From an uncultured Gammaproteobacteria bacterium (GTDB lineage: Bacteria > Patescibacteriota > Microgenomatia > Levybacterales > GWA1-39-11): DNA of 64,000 nt. The notes beneath the pieces were generated by a model that had not been told where the DNA came from, searched no databases, and saw only the letters and a list, made by a program, of their open reading frames with translations. The translations under genes were made by a program, and so were the position numbers. Where the stretch lies: NCBI GenBank assembly GCA_964568885.1, contig CAZMSF010000002.1:4367-68366 (forward strand), in the 5' to 3' direction. Position 1 is the first letter of the stretch, and each line of letters starts with the position of its first letter. Below are positions 26,355-36,497 of the stretch, piece after piece.

Positions 26355-28994
26355 ATGCCCCAAAATGACGTTTCCGGTTTGACCTCTCAAGAAGTTGTTC
26401 TTCTACGCCAGGAATTTGGTAGAAACGTTCTTTCAGAGAAGAAAAAATCCTCAATAGTCCGCATCTTCCAAAATCAGCTAAAGAATAATTTTGTTGTATA
26501 TCTTCTCGTTGCCGCTATCATCATTTCATTTTTTGTCGGGAAATATATTACTGCTATTGCTATTTTTGGAGTAATCTCGCTGGTTGTTGGGGCCGGATTT
26601 TTTCAAGAATACAAGGCCGAAAAAGCGGTTGAGGCACTTAAGAATCTTTTAACGCTAAAGACGAGGGTGAGAAGGGAGGGACAAGAAAAACTGGTTGAAT
26701 CAACAGAGCTTGTCCCGAACGATATTGTTTTATTGGGCGCAGGGGACAAGGTACCTGCCGATGCGATAATTCTTTCGGGAGAGGAGGTTACGGTTGATGA
26801 ATCGATACTTACTGGCGAGGCTCAGGAAGTTGTAAAAAAACCGTATTCGCCCGATGGAAAAGAAGATAAGTCTTCGATGGTCTTTATGGGAACATTTATT
26901 ACGAGCGGTAATTGTGTTGTGAAGGTCACCCAGACGGGTATGAAAACCGAGTTTGGAAAGATTGCAGAGCTCGTTGAGGAAACTCAAAAAACGCTTCCAC
27001 TCCAAAGCAAAGTCAACAGAATTACTAAATATATGGTGGTTTTTGCTATTTCGGTGTCGGTATTAACCGGAGTCGTGTATGTGTTGCAGTCCGGGAATAT
27101 CACCCTTCCCCTTATCGAAAGTACGCTTATTCTTGTTATTGCTTTGTCTGTTTCTGCCTTCCCGGAGGGTTTTCCCGTAGTGCTCACTACTACTCTTGCG
27201 GTGGGCGTTATGAGGATGGCAAAAAGGAATGCGATAGTCAACCGCATGAGTGTTATTGAATCTTTAGGGGAGACGACTGTTATTGCTACCGATAAAACAG
27301 GGACCGTAACCAGAGGTGAGATGACTGTAAAAAAAATAATTCTTGATAATAAAACCCTTCATGTTACGGGTATTGGATACGAAACTAATGGAGAGTTACT
27401 CCACGATGGAAAGAAATATTCTGTAGAAAATGATGAGCAGCTCACCTTGATACTTCTGTCATCCGTTCTTTGCAACAATGCTTCTTTTGTTCAGGATGAG
27501 AATGAGGAGAGAAAACTGACGGGGAGCGCCACGGATACTGCCCTTTTGGTTTTGGGCGAGAAAGCAGGATTTCATAAAGATAACCCTTCATATATTGTAG
27601 TTGAGGAGTTTCCTTTTACTTCTGAAAGGAAAATGATGAGCGTTGAGACTAAGAGGGGGGATGAGTCGTTCATTTTCTCCAAAGGGGCACCCGAAATGCT
27701 GATAAAGCATTGTAAGCATTTTCTGGAACGCGACAAGGTTCTGCCATTGACTGAGGAAAAAATAAAGGAATTGCTCGGACAAAATTCCGAGCTGACAACG
27801 AAAGCACTTCGTACGATTGCGTTTGCGTATAAAAAAAATGGCGGAGGGGCACATGATGAGGAAGAGGACCTTACCTTTCTCGGAATTGCAGCTCTTGAGG
27901 ATTCGCCGCGTGAGGAGGTAGTGGAATCAATCGAGATGGGTAAAAAAGCGGGGATAGCAGTAAAACTTATTACCGGTGACCACAAAGAAACAGCACAAGC
28001 CGTTGCAAGACAAATTGGTATTCTGGATACCGTTATTACAGGTGAGGAGTTGGAAAAGATGACGGACGAACAGCTCCGGAAAGAAGTTATGGGTATAGGT
28101 ATATTTGCAAGAGTCATGCCCGAGCAAAAACTCCGCATCGTAAGAGCGCTTAAAGAAACTGGTGAAATAGTTGCAATGACGGGGGATGGAGTGAACGATG
28201 CTCCTGCTTTGGAGGAGGCTCATGTCGGAATTGCGATGGGAAAAAGAGGAACGGATGTCGCACGGTCTGCATCTGACTTGATATTGAAGGACGACAATTT
28301 TTCGACAATTATGGCTGCAATAATTGAAGGGCGAACCATCTTCAATAACATCAGAAAATTCACCACATACCAGTTATCATGTAATTTTGCAGAACTAATG
28401 GTGCTTTTTATCGCAACAATGTTAGCTCCCTTCCTTTCATGGAGTGTTCCGCTGCTGGTTGCGATACAGATTCTCTTTATGAATTTGGTCACCGATAATT
28501 TGCCGGCCATTATGCTCGGATTTAATCCTTCTTCAAAGGACATTATGCACGGGAAATTCAAAAAGAATATGGACATTCTTGATAGAAAGTTAATTGCTAT
28601 CGTTTTTATGACCGGTATACTTATGGGAAGTTTTGTCCTTTTATCATACTACATATCATTTAATGTCTTAGGGCACGATGCTGGAAGTTCCCGAACAGTA
28701 GCGCTTGTCGCACTTATAGTAATTGAAATCTGTGCCGCATTTGTCTTTAGATCATTCAGGAAAGGGGTTCTGACGCGTTCTCCATTTTCAAATAAATACT
28801 TGTTGTTTGCATCTATTATTTCCTTGCTTGCAACCCTTACGGTAATCTACACACCGCTTTCATATGTATTCGAAACTGTTCAGATATCGTTCTATGAATG
28901 GGGATTTTCGTTGGCTTTCGGTTTTTTGTTGCTGATAATTTTTGATGTACTTAAATTTATTAATCCAAAAACTAACATTTTTCCCGCTCATTAA
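26355..28994 (+). CDS. P-type cation-transporting ATPase (P2-type, Ca2+/Mg2+-like)
   Basis: The phosphorylation motif ATDKTGTVT, the hinge MTGDGVNDAPAL and TGES, with 8-10 TM helices. Confidence 0.9.
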   Translation: MPQNDVSGLTSQEVVLLRQEFGRNVLSEKKKSSIVRIFQNQLKNNFVVYLLVAAIIISFFVGKYITAIAIFGVISLVVGAGFFQEYKAEKAVEALKNLLTLKTRVRREGQEKLVESTELVPNDIVLLGAGDKVPADAIILSGEEVTVDESILTGEAQEVVKKPYSPDGKEDKSSMVFMGTFITSGNCVVKVTQTGMKTEFGKIAELVEETQKTLPLQSKVNRITKYMVVFAISVSVLTGVVYVLQSGNITLPLIESTLILVIALSVSAFPEGFPVVLTTTLAVGVMRMAKRNAIVNRMSVIESLGETTVIATDKTGTVTRGEMTVKKIILDNKTLHVTGIGYETNGELLHDGKKYSVENDEQLTLILLSSVLCNNASFVQDENEERKLTGSATDTALLVLGEKAGFHKDNPSYIVVEEFPFTSERKMMSVETKRGDESFIFSKGAPEMLIKHCKHFLERDKVLPLTEEKIKELLGQNSELTTKALRTIAFAYKKNGGGAHDEEEDLTFLGIAALEDSPREEVVESIEMGKKAGIAVKLITGDHKETAQAVARQIGILDTVITGEELEKMTDEQLRKEVMGIGIFARVMPEQKLRIVRALKETGEIVAMTGDGVNDAPALEEAHVGIAMGKRGTDVARSASDLILKDDNFSTIMAAIIEGRTIFNNIRKFTTYQLSCNFAELMVLFIATMLAPFLSWSVPLLVAIQILFMNLVTDNLPAIMLGFNPSSKDIMHGKFKKNMDILDRKLIAIVFMTGILMGSFVLLSYYISFNVLGHDAGSSRTVALVALIVIEICAAFVFRSFRKGVLTRSPFSNKYLLFASIISLLATLTVIYTPLSYVFETVQISFYEWGFSLAFGFLLLIIFDVLKFINPKTNIFPAH

Positions 28995-29125
28995 ATTTTC
29001 ATGCCATAGTTGTTTGTAGTAGCGACTATAAAGACATCTTAAGACCCAATTGATTTAACTTTCCTTCGGGTTTAGTCTAAATAAGACTATGTATTTGGCA
29101 GAAATTATAGTGTGATGTGTTTTAT

Positions 29126-29153
29126 AAAACCGGTCATTATGCCGGTTTTTTTT
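29126..29153 (+). terminator. putative intrinsic terminator (AAAACCGG-loop-CCGGTTTTTTTT)
   Basis: An 8-bp stem including CCGG/CCGG and an 8-nt T-run, between the ATPase and the 29184 gene. It is symmetric and so could act on either strand. Confidence 0.45.
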
Positions 29154-29183
29154 CTGTCAAAAAAGGGAGGAGGTGAAAAAAAT

Positions 29184-30806
29184 ATGAATAGTTCGACTTT
29201 CAATAGAAAGGTGAAAAAAATTTTAGTTTCAACTATTGCAACAGGTTTGGTTTTTGCTGCAACTGCGCTGCCTACATTTGCAGATACTGTTTCGCCCATA
29301 GATTTCGAGAGTCCTTATACAATTGGGAATATCAACGGACAGCAGGGGTGGATTAAAGCCGGAGCGTATGATGCGGCCGTAGCGGCAGTTTCTGGATTCT
29401 CAAATGCCTCAGGGTTTGGTTTTGGAACTCAGGCGTTAAGACTTTCAAACGCCGTTACTAGTGGCTCCTTCGGCGACCAGACGTTTTCCCCAGGACTATC
29501 AAGTCCTGCCGGTGAGGCGGTTTCGAATACTCATTTTGAGGCGAGTTTTGATATCGGATCCACACAATCTACTCAACAAGTAGGCCTATTTACATCGGTA
29601 AGCCCTGATGATGGCAATGGTGGTAGGATGAGTTACGTTGGATTTGAGGACCAAGCAGACGGAATTCATGTCATTTTTTATGATGTAACAGATCCGGGTC
29701 CGCTTCCTACAGTTGCAAGCTTTAATCCTTCTGACGTCGCGACTATAGATAGGACGAGTAAACATACAATAAAGTTTGCTATTGATTTTCTGTCGGGTCC
29801 TGCTAACGATATCGTCAAACTCTATGTTGATGGAGTTCTAAAGAAAACAGGAACGAGTTGGGAAGACTATTACCGATATGATCCCGAACAGAACGGAAAT
29901 GGACATGTAATTCCTACCACGAGTAAACTTTTGTTCCGTGAAGGAGGTACAGCTGCGCCTGGAAATAACGGCAATGGGTATTTAGTTGACAATGTTACTT
30001 TGTCCTCGACTGCACCTGTTCCGCCGTCGGTTCCGACTATTATTGTTCCTGCCGATGGAGCTCATGTTACATCGGCGGCTCTTGTAAAGGTTGATTGGAC
30101 GGATTCGACAGGTACAAATTCGCCATTTCAATACCAGTACGAAGCCTACTCAGATAGTGGGTATTCGAGTCTTATTTACTCTAGTGGATGGCTTAGTGCT
30201 TCCGAAATCCCAACACCGGGAACTCCGGTTGGAGATTACTGGGTAAGGGTCAGAGCAAAGGATGCAACCAGTACATTTAGTGGCTGGAGTAATGGAAGTG
30301 GTAGTCCATACCACTTTACCGTAGTCCCACTCGTCGGGCCGCCGACTTTGGTAAGCCAATGCAAAAATAATGGGTGGCAGACATTTAACAATCCATCATT
30401 TGCCAACCAAGGTGCATGCGTATCCTACGTGAGAGCACATTCCCACAGTGTTCTAGGCAACGTAAAGTATACGGCGTATGGCCTCTTGCGAAGTGCGCAA
30501 TTTGCGGCCGACACAGCCGATGGCGGAGGAGCCTTCCAATACTCCGATGCCAATCATGCTTGGTATAGGGTGCTTATCACCTCACTAAAGGTTGACGGGC
30601 ATAGCGCCTGGTTTGCCGGACGTGTCTGGCAAGCAAGCAATCCGTCTTGGGTTGGCAACTGGCTTTTTGCGAAGGTAAATGACAGTAGTCCTAAGCGTAT
30701 TTGGGGAAGTTTTACGACCCAATTAGCTGCTGAAAGTGGCGTATCCTCTATGGGAACGCCTGCTGATGGACCATTTAATACTATTGGTGCATTGGTTGTG
30801 CATTAG
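29184..30806 (+). CDS. hypothetical secreted protein
   Basis: An ATG at 29184 lies 8 nt after a strong AAGGGAGGAGGTG Shine-Dalgarno. The product starts MNSSTFNRKVKKILVSTIATGLVFAATALPTFA, a signal peptide. The ORF track starts earlier at 29112. Confidence 0.6.
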   Translation: MNSSTFNRKVKKILVSTIATGLVFAATALPTFADTVSPIDFESPYTIGNINGQQGWIKAGAYDAAVAAVSGFSNASGFGFGTQALRLSNAVTSGSFGDQTFSPGLSSPAGEAVSNTHFEASFDIGSTQSTQQVGLFTSVSPDDGNGGRMSYVGFEDQADGIHVIFYDVTDPGPLPTVASFNPSDVATIDRTSKHTIKFAIDFLSGPANDIVKLYVDGVLKKTGTSWEDYYRYDPEQNGNGHVIPTTSKLLFREGGTAAPGNNGNGYLVDNVTLSSTAPVPPSVPTIIVPADGAHVTSAALVKVDWTDSTGTNSPFQYQYEAYSDSGYSSLIYSSGWLSASEIPTPGTPVGDYWVRVRAKDATSTFSGWSNGSGSPYHFTVVPLVGPPTLVSQCKNNGWQTFNNPSFANQGACVSYVRAHSHSVLGNVKYTAYGLLRSAQFAADTADGGGAFQYSDANHAWYRVLITSLKVDGHSAWFAGRVWQASNPSWVGNWLFAKVNDSSPKRIWGSFTTQLAAESGVSSMGTPADGPFNTIGALVVH

Positions 30807-30823
30807 CGTATTTTACAAAAATG

Positions 30824-30850
30824 ACCCACTCTTGCCCGTGGGTTATTTTT
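30824..30850 (+). terminator. putative intrinsic terminator ACCCAC-loop-GTGGGT followed by TATTTTT
   Basis: Hairpin at 30824-30843 and a T-tract at 30844-30850, just after the 29184..30806 stop. Confidence 0.45.
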
Positions 30851-30887
30851 GTTTGAATTGAAGCTATTTGAGGAGTAAAATTTACGC

Positions 30888-31451
30888 ATGAGTAATGAGC
30901 ATGACTTGCCTATGGGAGGAGACTGGATTCCCGATGTTCTTCCCGGTAGTCTTTGGGAAAAAGAGGATGAGTTGCATTTCGGGGATGCACGGCAAATGGC
31001 TATGCTTCGCATTGCCGAGGTTGAGGTTGGACTTACGTGGCAAGATTTGATGAGACGGTATTTATTTTTGGGACTCGGTATACATGCGGGAGGAGAAAAC
31101 GGAGAATTCCAATTCGTAAGAAGAGTAGGTGAAGATGAGAAGCCGTTATCTTTAGAGGAAGAAGTAAGTCTTGAAGGAACAGAATGGGACGAGAGAGCGA
31201 ACAGGTCGGATAATGAACAAGAAATTGTTTTTAATACGATAGGCAGAACTTCAAGTGCGCTTTCGGCCGTTGCTACATCTCACAACCAAACAGTAAGGCA
31301 GATGCTTGAAAGGATAACTTCGATTGGGCTTCGGATGAGTTACGAATTGCGTCATCATGAAGACAGCATAGCTTATTATTTAAAGACAAGTAATGGGGGG
31401 ACGGTACGCATAAATGAATTGAAGCTTGGTGGGTTGTCAGCTCGAGGTTAA
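30888..31451 (+). CDS. hypothetical protein
   Basis: 187-aa ORF with no recognisable motifs. Confidence 0.45.
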   Translation: MSNEHDLPMGGDWIPDVLPGSLWEKEDELHFGDARQMAMLRIAEVEVGLTWQDLMRRYLFLGLGIHAGGENGEFQFVRRVGEDEKPLSLEEEVSLEGTEWDERANRSDNEQEIVFNTIGRTSSALSAVATSHNQTVRQMLERITSIGLRMSYELRHHEDSIAYYLKTSNGGTVRINELKLGGLSARG

Positions 31452-31496
31452 TATAGGCTTGACGTATACTAAAAAGAGTCTTAAAATTTCACACCT

Positions 31497-31871
31497 ATGG
31501 CAATTGAAGCAGAATATTATAGATGGGGAAGGCATATTTGTGAATGGGTATACCGTGGTGTTGAAGAGGATGCCGTGAATCAGTACTTCGCACCGGCAAC
31601 GCTTGAGATGACGACCGATGAAGATAGTGCCGGTCAACTGGCAAATATAATAGTGAAAAATGATAGACATGGTAGAATCCGGGCTACGTTATGGAGGGAA
31701 GGCATTGGGGAAGAGATGAGCACTGCTTTTCCTATCTTGCTTGTTCCCGGAGAGGTATTGAGTCTAAGTACGTATAACCGTCTCATGGATTTGAGTTTTG
31801 CAAATGAGCCAATCTTTCCGAGAATTGAGCAATCACATCAAGGAGTTTCACTGCATCAAATCCAAGATTAG
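31497..31871 (+). CDS. hypothetical protein
   Basis: 124-aa ORF with no recognisable motifs. Confidence 0.4.
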   Translation: MAIEAEYYRWGRHICEWVYRGVEEDAVNQYFAPATLEMTTDEDSAGQLANIIVKNDRHGRIRATLWREGIGEEMSTAFPILLVPGEVLSLSTYNRLMDLSFANEPIFPRIEQSHQGVSLHQIQD

Positions 31872-31942
31872 AGTTGACCAACCGAAGTTTTGTCTCCTGT
31901 ATCCCTCACCGGTTTCCGGATTATCGCTCAATCCAGAGACGA

Positions 31943-33205
31943 TTACTGTTCAAGTAAATCCAAAATTAAAGTGCTCCAGCCAAAGTTAGTTCTTCTGTAA
32001 CCCGTTCCATCTTCAGGATTGTAGTACTCGCGAAAACCGTGAGCCTCAATCATCTTTTCCATTTTTGAAATTACCTCTTTTGCAACGTCATTATATCCGT
32101 GTTTTTGCAGTCCTTTAACAACAAACCAATTCGTCGCAATCCATGTGGGCCCACGCCACAGTAGTTTTACTTGATGAAGTGGTGTATCGTGCGGCACATA
32201 ATATTTTTCGTCTTTTGAAACCGACGGGAAGGGGTAGGGTGTATAAAATTCATTCGTATTTAGCAGATGGTTTTCAACAAGTGCTTTTAGTTTTTCACCT
32301 TTTAGTCCGTCCAAGAAGAGTGGAATAAGTGAAGCGACTGTTTTGACCCGGGCGAACTTCTCGTCTTTTTTATAAAGCGAATAAAATATTTTGTCCGTCT
32401 CGTCCCAGCATTTTGAAAGCAGCGCTTGTTCACTTTTATCAGCAACCTGCTTAAAGAACACCGACTCATTTTTGTCTTCGATTTCTAAAAAGAGTCTTGA
32501 GAGACTTCTCGCGCTTTCTATAAAAACCGTATTGAAAAGTAATTCCTCAACATTAAAATAATCTTTTTCAAGAATTTTCTTGTTGTTAAAGCGGTACCGG
32601 TGGTTGAGAAAATCCCCTTTCCGGTACGTGTAATGCATACGGGTTGTTTCAAGCCCGGTGTATCCCGCAGCATATTGAAATACAGGAAGCTCGTCCATTC
32701 CCGACTCGTTGGGAGAAATTATTGAAATAAGATAATCATTGTCGATATCGCGGTTTTCTAGAAGCCATTTGTGATGCGAAGCAAGCTTCGGCAAGACCTC
32801 TCGAAGGAAATCTTTGTCGTTATCCTTTTTGTAAATATATTCAATGGAAATCGGAAATACAGGGGGTTGAGTGATTGAAGTTGTTCTGGGTCGAATGGAA
32901 AGGGCACTTTCGATATATGCCCAGTGGGGGAGTCTTTTTTTCTTTCCCCAAAAAATGATGTGTGGTAAAAATCCGTTATCCCACTGTCCGATAAGAAAAT
33001 TCCGTATTTCGTTTTTTGCCCACTCGGTATTGAAGTGAGAAAGAACGATTGCATGAAACCCGGTGTCCCACAGCCATTGATAAACATACTCTTTGTTAGC
33101 AGGGGCGATGAATTTATAGTTGGTCTTTTTCCATGAGGAGAATCCTTGAAAAGTATTCCCTTCAAAGATGTCTTTTGCACGCGAAATGATATCGGTTTTT
33201 TTCAT
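31943..33205 (-). CDS. six-hairpin glycoside hydrolase, GH63-like (glucosidase / glycosylglycerate-hydrolase-like)
   Basis: WLWDTGFHAIVL and other aromatic-rich motifs are typical of the (alpha/alpha)6 GH63/GH37 fold. The family assignment is tentative. Confidence 0.5.
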   Translation of the reverse strand: MKKTDIISRAKDIFEGNTFQGFSSWKKTNYKFIAPANKEYVYQWLWDTGFHAIVLSHFNTEWAKNEIRNFLIGQWDNGFLPHIIFWGKKKRLPHWAYIESALSIRPRTTSITQPPVFPISIEYIYKKDNDKDFLREVLPKLASHHKWLLENRDIDNDYLISIISPNESGMDELPVFQYAAGYTGLETTRMHYTYRKGDFLNHRYRFNNKKILEKDYFNVEELLFNTVFIESARSLSRLFLEIEDKNESVFFKQVADKSEQALLSKCWDETDKIFYSLYKKDEKFARVKTVASLIPLFLDGLKGEKLKALVENHLLNTNEFYTPYPFPSVSKDEKYYVPHDTPLHQVKLLWRGPTWIATNWFVVKGLQKHGYNDVAKEVISKMEKMIEAHGFREYYNPEDGTGYRRTNFGWSTLILDLLEQ

Positions 33206-33231
33206 CGTAAATTAATAATAACACCCGAAAG

Positions 33232-33768
33232 CTATTCGTTGGGGTCTGGGGGGAGGAATTCTTCGCCGCCGTGGTCTTCATTCTTTACATATTCTCCCGG
33301 CTTGAGCCATTCAACATACGGGCAACCCGTAGCTTTTCTGGCTTTACTGTCCCAGCCTGCTGTTGAGCACTTCTTCATTTTCTTTCCTTTTGCGGTTGTG
33401 TAAAGCACAAGCTTGTTGCCACATGTTGGACATTCTTCGTCCAACTCCTCAGTTGTTCCATTTATCCATTCGACAAAATCGCATCCGTCTGCAGTTTTTG
33501 TATCGGGGTTCCAAACATTTGTTGAGCATTTTTTCATCTTCTTTCCAAAGCGGGTGTAAGCAATAACCAGGGGGGAGCCGCATTTGGGGCATTTTTCGTC
33601 AATTGTCTCAGGTGGGGTCTCAAGCCATTTTACGAAGTCACATCCGATGTTCTTTTTTGTTTCCTTATCCCAATGCCCTTGAGAGCACCGTTGTAAACGT
33701 CTCCCTGTTGGGGTTGTTGTGGGGGCCTCAAGTTCACCCCCGCATTTTGGACACCTTTCTTGTGACAT
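33232..33768 (-). CDS. protein made of three tandem topoisomerase-I-type C4 zinc-ribbon domains, no catalytic domain
   Basis: Three repeats of CPKCG..L…G..(KM)KKCS…W….GC.FVEW. Confidence 0.6.
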   Translation of the reverse strand: MSQERCPKCGGELEAPTTTPTGRRLQRCSQGHWDKETKKNIGCDFVKWLETPPETIDEKCPKCGSPLVIAYTRFGKKMKKCSTNVWNPDTKTADGCDFVEWINGTTEELDEECPTCGNKLVLYTTAKGKKMKKCSTAGWDSKARKATGCPYVEWLKPGEYVKNEDHGGEEFLPPDPNE

Positions 33769-33795
33769 AAGAGTTTATGTTACGGAGTTTTGAAA

Positions 33796-33830
33796 AAGAA
33801 GTCAAGGTCTAGAATCCGAGAACTTCTTTT
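33796..33830. terminator. hairpin AAGAAGT-(19-nt loop containing TCTAGA)-ACTTCTT flanked by A-run and T-run (bidirectional terminator candidate)
   Basis: Read directly. It sits between two minus-strand genes, at the 3' end of the 33809..34426 gene. Confidence 0.35.
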
Positions 33831-34426
33831 ACGAGGATGACAGTGGTTCTTGCTGTGTCCTTTTCCGAGTTCATGATAAGTATTCTTCGTGGATTACTGC
33901 CGTGAGTTGTGTTGTATGCCTTATTAATCCTTTCCGATTCGCGAGGAAGAGAATAGGTATAAATCCTTTCAAAACCTTCGTTAATGTCTTTTACGATTTT
34001 GTGCGTTCCGGCAACAAATACAACATTAGTTGCCCCATACGCGTATCCTGGAATTTGGCTTCCGGAGCCGGAAGCCATCATAATTTTTCCGTCCTCGGTC
34101 ACCGCATGGAAGCTCCCGATTGCCCAGTCCGAAACGGAACGAATTTCCTTTATCTTCCATCCCTCATTTTCCCTATCCATTGTGAGGGTTTTTTTGTGCA
34201 CCGAATCATAGTTTCCTGAACTATCGATTATTTCCGTTACTCCGATTTGATCAAGAGTTGTAGAGGTGTTCTTCATGACATTTGCGCCTTGTGGAAGAAT
34301 TTTCAATAATGCTTCTTTTGCTTCTTGTCTATTGTTCACAACAATAACAAAAAAGCCGTTTTTTTCTAGTGACTCTTTTGTCCTTTCGATTGTTGCGTCG
34401 TTGGCAAGTTGACTAAAATCTTTCAT
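33809..34426 (-). CDS. LUD-domain (DUF162, lactate-utilization LutC-like) protein
   Basis: The product from MKDFSQLAND has LUD-type topology. The ORF track extends to 34462. The internal ATG at 34424-34426 is preferred because a -10 box lies 7 nt upstream. Confidence 0.55.
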   Translation of the reverse strand: MKDFSQLANDATIERTKESLEKNGFFVIVVNNRQEAKEALLKILPQGANVMKNTSTTLDQIGVTEIIDSSGNYDSVHKKTLTMDRENEGWKIKEIRSVSDWAIGSFHAVTEDGKIMMASGSGSQIPGYAYGATNVVFVAGTHKIVKDINEGFERIYTYSLPRESERINKAYNTTHGSNPRRILIMNSEKDTARTTVILVKEVLGF

Positions 34427-34433
34427 ACGGTAT

Positions 34434-34462
34434 AATTTACAAAATAAGTGTCTCTTGGGCAA
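34434..34462 (-). promoter_or_regulatory. promoter (minus strand) TTGCCC-17-TAAATT, -10 ending 7 nt before the LUD-gene ATG (leaderless)
   Basis: The reverse complement of 34434-34462 reads TTGCCCaagagacacttattttgTAAATT. Confidence 0.35.
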
Positions 34463-34540
34463 GTACCGACAAAAAAGTAGGGTACATACAAAAAGGATAC
34501 TAGATAACTATTCAGCTAATATTAAGAATCGGTGTGTAAT

Positions 34541-34879
34541 ATGAAACAAGATATGCCAACAAAGCTTAATTTGGGATGTTCATCTGTCAAAACAACATTA
34601 GAGGTTATCGGGGGAAAATGGAAACCTCTTATCATGTTTTTGCTCGTTGAGCGCACAATGAGATTTTCGGAACTTCAAAAAAGTATCATGGGCATTACCC
34701 AGAAAATGCTGACCCAGCAATTAAGAGAGCTCGAAAGCGACGGATTGGTGTCCCGAAAAGTGTATCCACAAGTTCCCCCACGGGTTGAGTATTCGATAAC
34801 CTCTCATGGAAAAACACTTCTTCCGGTTTTAGACACTATGCATAAATGGGGAGAGAGCCACAAAAGAACAGCTATTTAA
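34541..34879 (+). CDS. HxlR-family transcriptional regulator
   Basis: CSSVKTTLEVIGGKWKPLIMFLL…RFSELQKSI…ITQKMLTQQLRELESDGLVSRKVYPQVPPRVEYSIT closely matches the HxlR winged helix. A GTG at 34532 is an alternative start. Confidence 0.85.
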   Translation: MKQDMPTKLNLGCSSVKTTLEVIGGKWKPLIMFLLVERTMRFSELQKSIMGITQKMLTQQLRELESDGLVSRKVYPQVPPRVEYSITSHGKTLLPVLDTMHKWGESHKRTAI

Positions 34880-34882
34880 CCA

Positions 34883-35044
34883 CTACTTCATCTTCACTTT
34901 GATTTGCTGAAAGGGAATTGTTATTTGCGGATTTTGGGGAATGTTATATCTGGCCGGTTTTGGGTGGTAGGTTATGAGTACCACATAAGAGATGAAAAGA
35001 ATAATCCCAATGCAAAAAATTAGCTGAATAAGCGAAAATTTCAT
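34883..35044 (-). CDS. putative small membrane protein (53 aa)
   Basis: The minus-strand ORF encodes MKFSLIQLIFCIGIILFISYVVLITYHPKPARYNIPQNPQITIPFQQIKVKMK. A -10-like TAAACT lies 6 nt upstream. The ORF is below the track cutoff. Confidence 0.25.
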   Translation of the reverse strand: MKFSLIQLIFCIGIILFISYVVLITYHPKPARYNIPQNPQITIPFQQIKVKMK

Positions 35045-35093
35045 ACAGATAGTTTATCATGTTCTTTTATTCCAAGCATGGTTTTGAGAGTAT

Positions 35094-35101
35094 TGTATAC
35101 T
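35094..35101 (+). promoter_or_regulatory. extended -10 TGTATACT; CDF gene ATG (35108) 7 nt downstream (leaderless)
   Basis: Read directly. Confidence 0.4.
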
Positions 35102-35107
35102 TAATAA

Positions 35108-36034
35108 ATGGAAGTGAAGGAGAAGAAAATATCGGCCAAAACGGTAATAGTCGCGTCATTTCTTGTGGACGTCCTTGACATCGTTCTCTCCGTTTTTGTA
35201 TCGGTTGTGACAGGGAGCGTTATCATGTTGACCGAAGCACTCGAAGGGGTATCCGACCTCACCTCTTCCGGGTTACTATTGATTGGACTTAAACGTTCTA
35301 CTCAAAAAGCTGACAGGTCACATCCATTTGGGTACGGAAGGGAAATTTATTTTTGGACTCTCTTGGCGGCGCTTGTAATGTTTGGGGTGACCTCAACGGT
35401 TTCAATTTATTTTGGCTGGCAGCGGATAGTGAATCCTCACCCCGTTGAAAACCTGTATCTTGCTCAAATAGTCCTTCTCATCGCGTTTTTTTCAAATGGG
35501 TACGCATTTTTCCTGAGTTACAAAAGGCTACTTAAGAAAAGGAGTTTTAATCAAATTGTAAAAATATTCTATAAGTCATCCCTTGTTGAGACAAAGACCA
35601 CCTTCATTCTGGATCTTATGGGAACGATAGCTTCATTTTTAGGTATGGTAGCTCTTGTGATTTACAGACTTACCGGGGATGTGCGCTTCGATGGAATAGG
35701 CGCTGTAGTTATTGGAGTTGCGCTTTCTTTTCTTGCGCTTCTATTGGTGATGGGAATTCGCGACCTGTTGGTTGGCAGAAGTGCTTCTCGAGAAACCGAG
35801 GAAAAAATAAAAAAGGCGGCACTTATGGTTGAGGAGGTAAATGATGTGCTCGATTTGAAAACGCTGCATGTCGGGTCCGAAAAATTGTTGGTCAATCTTG
35901 AGGTGCATATGAAAAACAATTTGGATACCGATGAAATAGAAAAATTGATGGATGAAATAAAGGAAAGAATACAACGCGAAGTACCCTCGGTAAAATATAT
36001 CCAGGTGGAGCTGGAAACCCCCGATAAGAAGTAG
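35108..36034 (+). CDS. cation diffusion facilitator (CDF) family metal efflux transporter
   Basis: Six TM helices plus a C-terminal cytoplasmic domain, with CDF-typical HD/D sites. Confidence 0.85.
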   Translation: MEVKEKKISAKTVIVASFLVDVLDIVLSVFVSVVTGSVIMLTEALEGVSDLTSSGLLLIGLKRSTQKADRSHPFGYGREIYFWTLLAALVMFGVTSTVSIYFGWQRIVNPHPVENLYLAQIVLLIAFFSNGYAFFLSYKRLLKKRSFNQIVKIFYKSSLVETKTTFILDLMGTIASFLGMVALVIYRLTGDVRFDGIGAVVIGVALSFLALLLVMGIRDLLVGRSASRETEEKIKKAALMVEEVNDVLDLKTLHVGSEKLLVNLEVHMKNNLDTDEIEKLMDEIKERIQREVPSVKYIQVELETPDKK

Positions 36035-36193
36035 CTCTTTGAGGCTAAATCCTGTATTTTTGTCAACGCTCCAACCCCTTCCAAAAGTTGCCTAGATGTG
36101 CTATACTACAAAGTTGTTTTTAAGCCCATAGTCTGAGCTTTTAAGTTCATACTGAATTTGTTTTGTTTGGCTTTTTGCCGAACATAATTTTGA

Positions 36194-36221
36194 AATACTC
36201 CCTCGCATGAGTATTTTTTTT
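36194..36221 (+). terminator. putative intrinsic terminator AATACTC-loop-GAGTATT followed by T8
   Basis: Hairpin at 36194-36215 and a T-run to 36221, in the 440-bp non-coding spacer downstream of the CDF gene. Confidence 0.4.
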
Positions 36222-36497
36222 GCGGCCAAAAAAACAGTTTTTGTGCTTTTTAAGCCTTGAAAAATTGCTATTCAAGTAGCTTTTGAAGCATGACGCACAT
36301 TGAAAATTGGTTTTCGTATAACATATTTTTTTCACCATTTGATTGTGGGATAATGGGAGGAAATTAAGTATAAAGGGATAAGTATAGAGTATAAAGAAAT
36401 TGCTTAATACTTCATTCATAATACTTTTTTCTTCCTGGTGTCCCACAATCAAGAGTAACTAAACTTTTGTCTTGATGTGGGAGAAAGGAGTCCGTCT

